From Candidatus Omnitrophota bacterium (GTDB taxonomy: Bacteria > Omnitrophota > Omnitrophia > Omnitrophales > Aquincolibacteriaceae): 64,000 bases of DNA. The stretch spans positions 2,550 through 66,549 of the forward strand of contig JAFGHI010000042.1 of the NCBI GenBank assembly GCA_016930235.1. The letters run 5' to 3'. Under the pieces are notes generated by a model. That model was not told the origin of the DNA, ran no database searches, and saw only the letters and a program-made list of their open reading frames with translations. Positions within the stretch are counted from its first letter, which is position 1. Each line of letters starts with the position of its first letter. The position numbers and the translations under genes are program-made. Shown here piece after piece: positions 38,490 to 48,139 of the stretch.

Positions 38490-39518
38490 ATGGATTTACC
38501 GGTAAGCTTCAATGAGATCTGGTTTCTTTTAATCGGGGTTCTATTGACAGGCTATGCCTGCCTAGACGGATTTGATTTGGGTGTCGGATCTCTCCACCTC
38601 TTAACGAAATCAGACCGTGACCGACGAATTTTTCTGAATGCAATCGGCCCGGTCTGGGACGGGAATGAAGTCTGGCTGGTGGTAGGCGGCGGAGCCCTTT
38701 TTGCGGCTTTTCCCAAGGTTTATGCCAGTGTCTTCTCGGGATTTTATATCGCGTTTATGCTGTTCTTGCTGGCCTTGATCTCGCGAGCAGCGTCTATTGA
38801 ATTCAGGAGTAAGGAACCGATGGGTTGGTGGAGACAGCTTTGGGATATAGTCTTTAGCCTCTCGAGTATCCTGGCCAGTATCCTTTTAGGCGTCGCTCTC
38901 GGGAATCTGGCGTGGGGGATTCCGCTTACCGCAGAAGGGGATTTCGCTATTGGATTTTTGGGGCTGCTTCATCCTTATAGTTTACTGGTAGGTCTTACAA
39001 CGCTGGCCCTTTTCATGCTTCACGGGAATATTTACCTTCTTGTGAAAACAGAAGGGGACCTCCAGACGGAAGTGCGCCGCTGGTTTCCTTCGGTGATGAT
39101 TTTCTTTTTGATTTGTTTTGTCGTGACGACCCTCATGACTTTAGCGAAGGTGCCCCGGATGACGGCTCTTATTCGCGAATATCCCGTCCTCGGTATCTTT
39201 TCCATCCTCAATCTCTTGGCGATTGTGAATCTCGTGCGGGAAGTTTACCGGGAACGGTTCGCGCAGGCATTCTTTTCTTCCTGTATGACGATTGTAACCC
39301 TGCTTATTTTATTCGCGTTGGGGACCTATCCTAATTTTGTTTATTCTGCGGGAAGCCCGGAATACAGCCTTACTATTTTTAATGCGTCCTCATCAGATAA
39401 AACGTTAACAGTGATGCTCGTGATTGTGGCCATCACACTTCCTTTTGTTTTGGCTTATACCGCTTATGTTCACTGGGTTTTTAGGGGAAAGGTTAGAATG
39501 GAACCGATAGGAAAGTAA
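38490..39518 (+). CDS. cydB: Cytochrome bd ubiquinol oxidase subunit II
   Basis: LDGFDLGVG, GPVWDGNEVWL, FRGK. Confidence 0.96.
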   Translation: MDLPVSFNEIWFLLIGVLLTGYACLDGFDLGVGSLHLLTKSDRDRRIFLNAIGPVWDGNEVWLVVGGGALFAAFPKVYASVFSGFYIAFMLFLLALISRAASIEFRSKEPMGWWRQLWDIVFSLSSILASILLGVALGNLAWGIPLTAEGDFAIGFLGLLHPYSLLVGLTTLALFMLHGNIYLLVKTEGDLQTEVRRWFPSVMIFFLICFVVTTLMTLAKVPRMTALIREYPVLGIFSILNLLAIVNLVREVYRERFAQAFFSSCMTIVTLLILFALGTYPNFVYSAGSPEYSLTIFNASSSDKTLTVMLVIVAITLPFVLAYTAYVHWVFRGKVRMEPIGK

Positions 39519-39536
39519 TGGCAGGTGCGACTTCTG

Positions 39537-39661
39537 GTCATTCTGAGGAGCCCCAACGGGGTGACGAAGAATCTAAATACGGACAGAGTTCCCCGGATTT
39601 GTCCGGGTGGAAGCTGCTTCTTAAGATCCTTCGGTCGTCCTACGGACTCCCTCAGGATGAC
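39537..39661. repeat. REP/RPE-like palindromic element
   Basis: GTCATTCTGAGG...CGAAGAATCT pairs with AGATCCTTCG...CCTCAGGATGAC around a variable centre. Confidence 0.7.
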
Positions 39662-39702
39662 GATGAGTTACAGAAGGCATAAGAAAATAGGGTTGTTGTC
39701 TC

Positions 39703-41445
39703 ATGGCTGATCCGTCTTTTTTTACAGATTTCCTGATTGTCCTCATCGCCGCGTCGCTTGTGGCGATTGCCTTTGAACGCATTCGCCTTCCGGCTATTTT
39801 AGGCTTCCTCCTTGCCGGTGTCGCGGTCGGGCCCGGAGGCTTCGGGATCCTTTCCGATGTCGACCGCATCCATCAATTAGCGGAACTGGGTGTGGTCCTT
39901 CTCATGCTCACGATCGGTCTGGAGTTTTCCTTCGACCGCCTCAAGGGATTAAGACGGGTCGCAATTTTGGGCGGCTCCCTTCAGATTCTATTGTCACTGG
40001 GAATTTCGGTCCTTTTTTCAATCTTCCGGGGTTGGACCCTTTATGAGGGGATCTTTTTAGGTTCCGTGATTGCATTAAGTTCAACGGCCATTGTTTTTAA
40101 ATACCTCCTGGATCGAGGGGAAGTCGACACCCAATACGGCCGTATCGCGATCTCGATCCTTCTTTTCCAGGATTTGGCCGTGGTCCCGCTCCTTATCTTC
40201 ATCTCCAGTATGGGGCAGTCTGCCGGTTCGGTTCTTGCGACCTTTGGCTTGGCGCTGCTTAAAACCGTTGCTTTTATTGCGGGTGTTTTCCTTTTCGGCC
40301 GGTATGTTTTCCCGCATCTTTTGAGGCAGATTGCGATGACGAGAAACCGTGAAATCTTTTTCCTGACGGCGGTGGTGATTTGCCTGGGGATTGCCTGGAT
40401 CGGCGGCGAGCTTGGGTTGTCGCTTGCCATCGGGGCCTTTCTGGCAGGCCTGATGTTTGCCAACTCCGATTATGGGCATCAATTGATCGGAGAGATTGCG
40501 CCCTTCCGGCATGTCTTCGTCAGCATCTTTTTTGTCTCGATCGGCCTTCTCTTTGAAGTGCAGTTTACCTTTGATAATTTCTTTCTGATCCTGACGGTCG
40601 TCGGTTTGATTCTTCTGATCAATTCCGTGATCATGACAGTCTTGCTAGTGGCTTTCCAGTATCCGCTGCATATCGCGCTTGCCGCGGGACTCATCCTTTC
40701 GCAGATCGGTGAGTTTTCATTCCTGCTCCTGGAAGCGGGGAGGACTCACGGGGGGATTGATTTTTATATTTATCACGTCCTTCTTTCGGTGGCCTTCTTG
40801 ACCATGCTGTTCACGCCGGCTTTGTTTGCGTTGGTGCCCATCCTTTTGCGATTTGCCGAAAATATGCCGATGTTGGGGGTCCCCAAGAAGTGGAGAGAGG
40901 GGGAGGAGCGGGCTTCGCTGGTCAGCAATCACGTGATCCTTTGCGGTTATGGCCCTTCCGGCAGAGACTTGGCGGTGACTTTTAAGCAGGAGAATATCTC
41001 CTTTGTCATGATCGATATGAATCCGAAGAATATTCAAGATGCGCGCAAGAAAGGTTTTATCGGCATTTACGGGGACGTCGGAAATGCCGAGGTTTTAAAC
41101 AAAGCGGGGATCCGCCGCGCAAGGGCTGTGGTCGTGAGTTTCGGGGACCCCATCGGGATGGCCCAGGTCATACGGGTTGTGCAGCGGCTTAACCCGGATG
41201 TTGTCCTTGTTGTCAGGAGCCGGGCTGAACGGGACGCCCCGGCACTTTATGAGTTAGGCGCCGATATGGTCGTGATGGAAGAATGGGAAGCCAGTTATGA
41301 ACTGAACCGTATTATCCTCGAAGAATTCAAGATCCCTGAAGACCGCGTGAAAAAGAACCTGGAAAGGATTCGGGAACGAAAAGAGCTGATTATCGAAGAA
41401 GCCATCCTCAAAAAGGCCCCGCCTGTCGAAGACCCGGAGAGCTAG
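39703..41445 (+). CDS. CPA2 cation:proton antiporter with a TrkA-N (KTN) domain (KefC/YbaL-like)
   Basis: LAELGVVLLMLTIGLE, LSSTAIV, FQDLAVVP, SQIGEFSF; C-terminal ILCGYG Rossmann fold. Confidence 0.92.
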   Translation: MADPSFFTDFLIVLIAASLVAIAFERIRLPAILGFLLAGVAVGPGGFGILSDVDRIHQLAELGVVLLMLTIGLEFSFDRLKGLRRVAILGGSLQILLSLGISVLFSIFRGWTLYEGIFLGSVIALSSTAIVFKYLLDRGEVDTQYGRIAISILLFQDLAVVPLLIFISSMGQSAGSVLATFGLALLKTVAFIAGVFLFGRYVFPHLLRQIAMTRNREIFFLTAVVICLGIAWIGGELGLSLAIGAFLAGLMFANSDYGHQLIGEIAPFRHVFVSIFFVSIGLLFEVQFTFDNFFLILTVVGLILLINSVIMTVLLVAFQYPLHIALAAGLILSQIGEFSFLLLEAGRTHGGIDFYIYHVLLSVAFLTMLFTPALFALVPILLRFAENMPMLGVPKKWREGEERASLVSNHVILCGYGPSGRDLAVTFKQENISFVMIDMNPKNIQDARKKGFIGIYGDVGNAEVLNKAGIRRARAVVVSFGDPIGMAQVIRVVQRLNPDVVLVVRSRAERDAPALYELGADMVVMEEWEASYELNRIILEEFKIPEDRVKKNLERIRERKELIIEEAILKKAPPVEDPES

Positions 41446-41654
41446 TAGAAGTTACCAGCCACTTGATTAATGCGATTACCTCAAATGCAAAGCCGTAAAG
41501 ATGATCGCTGGCTATTCCATATGATCGCGATTGATCGCATATGCTTTCGGATACTAAGAGATCATCGTTTTCGCCTCGACGAATAGCAGCTTGCCGAGAT
41601 AAGTAACATAAACCACATCAAAGCACTTATTTAATATATTTAGTAATTAGCATC

Positions 41655-41683
41655 TTGACAATATGTATGGATTTGTGTACTTT
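41655..41683 (+). promoter_or_regulatory. Sigma70-type promoter for the 1998-aa gene
   Basis: TTGACA-17 nt-TACTTT; AAGGAG RBS upstream of the ATG. Confidence 0.5.
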
Positions 41684-41739
41684 TAATATACTGTTATTAA
41701 GTATTAAAAATTTAAGGATTTTAAAGGAGACGCCGGGCC

Positions 41740-44700
41740 ATGAAAATTGACAATCTAACGAATCGAGCGACAAGTATCTTAACGATACTTGTTTTTTTAT
41801 TTTCGCAGGTGATAGTTTTTCCCACGCAGTCGATCGCTGCTGATCCCGTTCAGCAAATCCAGGATCGACAGGCGGAAGTTTCTTTGGAAGTCAAAGAAAC
41901 AGATCATTCCGATATTAATCCTGAAGAAAGATATCTCGATAGGAGTCTGGCCACTTTCTTTGAGCCTGTTGCCATTACAAAAGTAGCGGCGGTACGAACG
42001 CCGGCGTCACCTAAACCCCACGCATCGCCGGTACCTAATGCGTCTCCGAGCCCAACGAGTTATGCGTCACCAAGCCCAAGAAGTTCTTCGTCCCCGTCGC
42101 CGGTTCAAGTGCAAAGCGTTTTTAGCGGAGTCCTCGTAAAAGTTCCTGATGATCAGCCGAGTTTTCTGATGCGGTCGGTCTACCGTTTGCAAATTGACGC
42201 GAACCGTTCGATTTTGGTGGATGGCGCCGATGAAGTGGGTCAAAAATTACTGCCTCTCTATGAAGGCCAAGAAGTTGAATTACGCGGTGAATTTTTCGAA
42301 CTGGAAGGGATGCAGATTTTAAAGGTCACCCATATTAACGGGGAACCTGTCGAAGATTTACTCAATGAACTGCCTGATCCCACGAAGTATCCCACGGAAT
42401 CTGAGATGGAGGCGATACAGGGGCTTGGATCGGATATCGTTAAATTTGACAAAGCGACGGTTCGTGAGGACGGGATGAGGGAATATCAATTTTCTTCGTC
42501 ACCCAATGCGGCCGGAAGATTCCTTCAAATCGAAGTGACTTATGATCCTTGCGGCGGGATGCTTAAATGCCTGGCGCCGATCAGGATCAAGACCTTTCAA
42601 ATTGTTTTTGATCCGGGGCCGGTTTCGAGCGGAGAAATAATCCAGCTGCCGCCTCACGCGTTTCTTGATGTTTCTAAAGTTGAAGGTGTTATTCATCTTC
42701 CCGCGGGCGCGAAGTTCACGCTGGGGTTCCCCAGTGACAACTGGCTCCTATTTGATCTGGAGACGCAGATTACCGAACAGCCCGTCCGCGAAGTCGTTAT
42801 CCAGGATTTAGTCCAGACTTTTGGATTGGATGAATCCGGGATTCGATCGATGCTGGAACGGGGGGATATGAGTATCACGGTGGATCTAGAAAATCAAAAA
42901 GTTAAAGTCCATATGCCCGGTCATTTTAATTATACGCCCGTGGCGGCGGTGCCTTTCGGCGGGGTTTACCAGCCTAATCTTTTAGGTGATGAATACATCA
43001 GCTCTGAGATTACCTATCAATATGAAACGACGACGTCTGAGGATAAGATTCATCTTGTTGCGGCGGAGTTTCGACATAGCGGCAAGGTCTTCCGGTTAAG
43101 TTATGCGACCCCAGCGACCTCTCCGGCATCCGCAGTTCTCAATAACAAATTGTATTCAGTGACCGTTTCCGAAGAGGTTGAGACGCCATGTCTTATGGCG
43201 CCGTGTCCCGTTCAGGAGAAGTTGATTAAGCGGGTGCGATATATTTACTATGCGGATTCTGTGAACCCTGCTATGGCCGGGATCCAATATCTAGGTGAGA
43301 GCAGTGTGGCGTACCGGACGGTGACTTTTGTGGAACGCGAGACGGGTTTATTTGTGGATACCGTTGCGGATTTTGATTCCCAGGATAATTTGATCGCTGC
43401 GAATAAATTTTATTATACGGAGAATGCGGTTTGTGAGGCGATTTCGCCCTGCCACATCGAAAAGATTGAGCGCACGAAACCCCAAGGTGAGAGCAAAACC
43501 CAACGTGTGCTTGTTTCCGTCATTTCGGATTTTGAATATATCTTGTTGATAGGCGGGAAGTTTCCGATGGTGGCGACGATCACGCGCGCGGACGGTGTTT
43601 CTAAAGAGGTGAGATTCGGAAGCGCGGTTGAAGGAATTTTGGAGGAGGCCCTCGAATTCGAAAGCGAATATGATCCAGAACGCGCTGCATTAGAAGAATT
43701 TATTGCGGAATGGAGCCGGTTAAAAGCTGCCTACATGGATTACTTGCTGGAGCAGTTAGAGCCGATTCGGGATATGGGAGCGGCTATGACGGAGACAGAA
43801 CTCGAAGTTTTGCTTGAGGCATCGGATTTAAATGAAGCCCAAAGGGAGCGGTTGAGGCGGTTACATTTTGCTTTGACTTATATGCTTCATACGGTGGATT
43901 GGGTGTTTGATCAGTCATTAACACTTGTAGAACTGCCGGATTGGTATGCTGAATTTGCGGAGGCGGAAGGTTTTTCTTCCGTCGGGCTATATGTTTTCGG
44001 GGATATCGATACCTCCGGCATGTCCTTGGAGGAATTGCGTGAGACGGTCAATGAGATTAGGGATTATACGGCAGGCGAAGATTTGGAGTCATTCTTTGCC
44101 GGAATAGCAGCCGGGGTACCGGAATCCGCTGCGAGTATTATAGCGAGAACGAATCAGATCAACGCCGAGCTGGAAGCGCTGCGGGCGAATGAAAGAATTA
44201 GCCTTCTTAAAGAAAGGGCGCAGGCGCTCTTGGCGAGTAAGACGGAGGAAGTTAATAATTACATTCAGACGCTTCAAGAGCGTATTGATGTTCTCGAGGG
44301 GCTATTAAGCGAGGCGGATGAAGCCAATCTTCAGATGGAAGAATTGTATGCGCTTTTGATGGAGGAACGTGAGCGGCTTGTCAATTTATCAATGCAATAT
44401 CCGGAGGTTGATTTGAGTGATTTGGGCGGGAGCAATGAGATCATTCTCGAGGGGCTGAACGGATCGGGTGTCCAGGACCGGGATTATTACACGGCGTGGA
44501 CGATTTGGCGCGAGAACGTAGCTCGGCTTATCAGCCGTTATGAAGAGGGTATCGCAGTAAATCAAGAGGGCCTGGCTGAATTGGAAGCGCTTGCCAGTCA
44601 AATTTCGGCGTCTAATGATCCATCCGAAATCAAGCGCCTCTTGGATGAGATGATGGACAAGGCCGAAGACTTGCCGGTACCGATGGTTTTTCATCCCATC

Positions 44701-47700
44701 AATGTTTCCGAACCGGACGCCCAGATTGTCCTTAACCGCATGAACGGCATGCTGAACGCGATGCGGCGTAATTATCAAATTGCCAATCAAAGGATTGCCC
44801 AGGCCGACAGGCAGGCGCTCATCAGCTATCTTTCAGGAGTTGTCTCTGAACAGGCGGAGTTTATCCGTGAGGCCTTGGAAAAATATAAGGACGTCCAGGG
44901 GATTGAGATTGCGCTGAGTGCGGATGATTTGACGGCACTTATCGAGAAACTTGGTCTATCGGAAGAAGAGGCCGCGCGGCTTATGAATTTGTATAAGTAT
45001 TTTCTTGTGATGCTGGGTGTTCGTGCGGATGCGGTCCCATCGCCCTCATCTTCATCGAGCCCGAGTCCGGCTGCATATGTTTCAGCCAGCCCGCAGCCCT
45101 ATGCTTCGCCATCACCTTCTCCAGCCTCGTGGTCAATCAATAACCTCGTGACCGACGGAATCTTCCTGCCTCCGAATGCGAACCTTAATTCGAGGACCAT
45201 TGCCGCTCTGAAGGATTTTATTGCTTCCGAAGAGCTTTTAGGGTTTCTCCTGATGAAGAGGATCAATATACCGCCGGTCCAATCGTTATCTTTGGACGTT
45301 TTAAAGGACGCAGTTGAAAAAGTTAAGGAACTTATAGGCGATGACCCTGCCCAGTTTTTCGAGGAGGCCATGGAAGCTGTGGATCAGTACGTCGAAGGCG
45401 CCAAAGCCGATCTTGCCAAGATCAATACGGAATTTGAATCGCTTGAGGTTGATCCTGAACAGCAACAGTGGGAAACCAAGTGGACGGAGATTGAGGAGGC
45501 ACGTGTCGATCATATGACCGAGGTTTCCGAAGCCTTTGATGTTTATTTAAGGGAGTATCTTGATTCGATTGACGGCATGATTGATTCAGTACAAGGAATC
45601 TTGATAAATCTTCAAGACCAGGACTACACCGGTTTGGGTTTGGAGGATCTTGCCTTGTTTTTGAAATCGTACCAAAGCGCAGTGTCTTCTTTAGGTGTGG
45701 ATTTAAACTCTTTTCTCAGAAATGAAAGCATTCCAAACCTTCAGGAATTTTTCGAAGGTTTGAGGGAACAGTTCCTCAGTGATATGGATGCGGCTTTAGG
45801 CGAGGTTGATCAATTCATTAGCATATTCAGGGAAAGAGATCCAAGTCCCGAGGTCCTCGAAAGGATCGAGAGTCTTGAGAAGGTTAAGAAGTGGCTGCTC
45901 GAATTAAAGCCGGTTTATGTGAAGATGCTCGATGATTCCATCCAAATGGGGGTTGTTTTCGAAAATCAGCTGGGGAACCTGAATGGTATTTTGGGCCGCA
46001 TCGAAGAAGGGCGCCAGCAGTTGCTCCAAGAATTTGATGCTATTGATGAGCAATATGAAAGAGCGGTTCAAAATTTGGCGATGGAGCATTGCGGCCAAAC
46101 AGAGGACCCGGCTTCGGATGCGACGTGTGTATTCGAAAACCAGTATGCCTATTCTCAATGGAGGTATGGGATTTCGCCTGTGCGGTATGAGGAATGGAAA
46201 ACTTGCTGGAAGGATACCTGGGAAAGTGGCGTGACGAATTCCTCGGATATTGCAGCTGTATGTGGAGAATACGCAAAAGAGGAGGCGTGGGAAGCTGTCT
46301 ATGATGGGCCAGCAGGTTCAACGAGCGGATCGCTCGAACCGGGGCATTACCCTGCAGCAACCGATAGTTTTTTTGAAGTGCCTTATGCAGTCGCTTTGCG
46401 TGATTTGGAGATTGAGCGTGATCTTCAAAAGAAAAAAGCGAAAGAGGTTTTTTATGCGCTTGCCGAAGTTGAGATCATGAAATTAAAAGGGATCCGCGCT
46501 GCTGTTATAGGACAGATGGATGATTTATTGTCCATGCGTGTTGAGGTCATGAATGAATACCACCGGATTTGGCAGGAGGCAAGATCTCTGTCCGGCGGCA
46601 TTTTTAATTATCGCAATGAAGATGGTTTGGATTTTTATTCAAGATCAATAAGGGAAGTTTTAGGTGAAGGCACATGGTATTACAAAGTTTTTGATGACGA
46701 TGCAGTGTCGGGTAAAGTCAGAGGTGCGCTTAAGAACTCTTTGGATGCAGTTAAACGAGCAGCTGAAGAGGCCGGAGGAACTTTCTTTTCGGAATTGAGT
46801 CATGTCCAATTTGGCTTAAGGGATGCTTTAAAGAAGAAGGTTGAGATTGAATACCAATGGGCAGTGCGTGACGCACGCGAAGAGTATTATGGATCTTTCA
46901 AGGATGTTATGGCGATTGCTAAACCCATTGTTGAGGACTGGTACAACTATTGCCATGTGCCTACATCTTCAGATTGGCAGCAGCCCGCAGAATGTGGGGC
47001 CAATATGTTAGCGTCTTCTCAATATGGAATTGAACCCTCAAGAGAAGCATGGTTAAACCACCTTGTGTCGGCGAGTCGATTTCAGATGGTGCCAGTCGAA
47101 TATCAGGAGATATGCGACACGAATTTGAATGGTGAAGAATATTGTTACGAGACTGTAGCACGGTATGAAGCCATGGACCTCCAATCTCAGAATGAGGCCA
47201 TCTTAGATGAAGTTAGATGGTGGCATTCTACGGGATCCCCAGATGGTTATGAGGAATACAAAAATCTGTATGAAAAGTGGTATGCCGGTGTCGCTTCTTC
47301 TGATCTTTTTTATCGGCAACAAGTGGCAGAAGCTCTGTTGAAATTAGGGGAGTTTGATGAATTTGAAGCGAATATTTCTGAATTTTGCAGTCAAATTGGC
47401 GGTGGATATCAAGTCCTCGCATTTACGAATTGCGCGGATTTTGGCTACGGAGACGATTTTGTCGGCAGTCTTCAAGAAGAACGTGATCAAGCCTTGGCTC
47501 TAATTGATGAACAGTTTAGCGATCTTGGTATAGCGGTCTCAATTAATCCCAGTGACGCTCCTTTCATTATATTGGGCCCTAATCATTATATTGGTCATGC
47601 CGTGCTTGGCGGTGAGGAACTCGAGCGTCGTTGGGAAGAACTTTTTGGCGCTATGGATGAGGCATGGGATTCATTTGAAAAATCAAAGCAAGCTTCTGAT

Positions 47701-47736
47701 GAGAAATTTTATCAAATGTACGAAGGGCTGATCTAA
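41740..47736 (+). CDS. Large secreted hypothetical protein (1998 aa)
   Basis: 6-kb open frame; Sec-type signal peptide (...SIA/AD); Ser/Pro linkers; beta-rich N-terminal third and acidic helical remainder; no catalytic motif recognised. Confidence 0.85.
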   Translation: MKIDNLTNRATSILTILVFLFSQVIVFPTQSIAADPVQQIQDRQAEVSLEVKETDHSDINPEERYLDRSLATFFEPVAITKVAAVRTPASPKPHASPVPNASPSPTSYASPSPRSSSSPSPVQVQSVFSGVLVKVPDDQPSFLMRSVYRLQIDANRSILVDGADEVGQKLLPLYEGQEVELRGEFFELEGMQILKVTHINGEPVEDLLNELPDPTKYPTESEMEAIQGLGSDIVKFDKATVREDGMREYQFSSSPNAAGRFLQIEVTYDPCGGMLKCLAPIRIKTFQIVFDPGPVSSGEIIQLPPHAFLDVSKVEGVIHLPAGAKFTLGFPSDNWLLFDLETQITEQPVREVVIQDLVQTFGLDESGIRSMLERGDMSITVDLENQKVKVHMPGHFNYTPVAAVPFGGVYQPNLLGDEYISSEITYQYETTTSEDKIHLVAAEFRHSGKVFRLSYATPATSPASAVLNNKLYSVTVSEEVETPCLMAPCPVQEKLIKRVRYIYYADSVNPAMAGIQYLGESSVAYRTVTFVERETGLFVDTVADFDSQDNLIAANKFYYTENAVCEAISPCHIEKIERTKPQGESKTQRVLVSVISDFEYILLIGGKFPMVATITRADGVSKEVRFGSAVEGILEEALEFESEYDPERAALEEFIAEWSRLKAAYMDYLLEQLEPIRDMGAAMTETELEVLLEASDLNEAQRERLRRLHFALTYMLHTVDWVFDQSLTLVELPDWYAEFAEAEGFSSVGLYVFGDIDTSGMSLEELRETVNEIRDYTAGEDLESFFAGIAAGVPESAASIIARTNQINAELEALRANERISLLKERAQALLASKTEEVNNYIQTLQERIDVLEGLLSEADEANLQMEELYALLMEERERLVNLSMQYPEVDLSDLGGSNEIILEGLNGSGVQDRDYYTAWTIWRENVARLISRYEEGIAVNQEGLAELEALASQISASNDPSEIKRLLDEMMDKAEDLPVPMVFHPINVSEPDAQIVLNRMNGMLNAMRRNYQIANQRIAQADRQALISYLSGVVSEQAEFIREALEKYKDVQGIEIALSADDLTALIEKLGLSEEEAARLMNLYKYFLVMLGVRADAVPSPSSSSSPSPAAYVSASPQPYASPSPSPASWSINNLVTDGIFLPPNANLNSRTIAALKDFIASEELLGFLLMKRINIPPVQSLSLDVLKDAVEKVKELIGDDPAQFFEEAMEAVDQYVEGAKADLAKINTEFESLEVDPEQQQWETKWTEIEEARVDHMTEVSEAFDVYLREYLDSIDGMIDSVQGILINLQDQDYTGLGLEDLALFLKSYQSAVSSLGVDLNSFLRNESIPNLQEFFEGLREQFLSDMDAALGEVDQFISIFRERDPSPEVLERIESLEKVKKWLLELKPVYVKMLDDSIQMGVVFENQLGNLNGILGRIEEGRQQLLQEFDAIDEQYERAVQNLAMEHCGQTEDPASDATCVFENQYAYSQWRYGISPVRYEEWKTCWKDTWESGVTNSSDIAAVCGEYAKEEAWEAVYDGPAGSTSGSLEPGHYPAATDSFFEVPYAVALRDLEIERDLQKKKAKEVFYALAEVEIMKLKGIRAAVIGQMDDLLSMRVEVMNEYHRIWQEARSLSGGIFNYRNEDGLDFYSRSIREVLGEGTWYYKVFDDDAVSGKVRGALKNSLDAVKRAAEEAGGTFFSELSHVQFGLRDALKKKVEIEYQWAVRDAREEYYGSFKDVMAIAKPIVEDWYNYCHVPTSSDWQQPAECGANMLASSQYGIEPSREAWLNHLVSASRFQMVPVEYQEICDTNLNGEEYCYETVARYEAMDLQSQNEAILDEVRWWHSTGSPDGYEEYKNLYEKWYAGVASSDLFYRQQVAEALLKLGEFDEFEANISEFCSQIGGGYQVLAFTNCADFGYGDDFVGSLQEERDQALALIDEQFSDLGIAVSINPSDAPFIILGPNHYIGHAVLGGEELERRWEELFGAMDEAWDSFEKSKQASDEKFYQMYEGLI

Positions 47737-47828
47737 AGCGAACGATAACGGAGCTATTAAGGCAGCGTTATTCGAATTAATTGAATTAACAATTTTGAAT
47801 AATTATTTTACAGATTCCAAACCCCAAC

Positions 47829-47870
47829 CCCCGGAATCGGTGTGAATTTGAGTTATAACCGATTCCGGGG
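47829..47870 (+). terminator. 13-bp stem-loop after the large gene (terminator-like)
   Basis: CCCCGGAATCGGT / ACCGATTCCGGGG. Confidence 0.5.
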
Positions 47871-48139
47871 TTCCCTCCTTTATTTAGACTACAGACCGCA
47901 GACTAACACCGAATCCCAATGATTCGGTGCGACTTCACTGATATTGATATATCAGTACCGCTCGTGGAAACCTTGATGGTTTCCTACGATCTTGCGGCAG
48001 AACCTGGACGGTTCTGTCCGAGTCGAGACCAGAGAACAGAAGCTAGATTCTGGATGCTGGATACTAGATAGAAGTGATGAATTTATAGTGCGTTTTATAA
48101 ATCCAACTTCGGGAATCTTACGCGGAGTCCTCACATTCT

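Noticed and set aside
39525-39710. 61-aa ORF between cydB and the antiporter as cydX/cydS
   Set aside because: It is not hydrophobic and is derived from the palindromic repeat.
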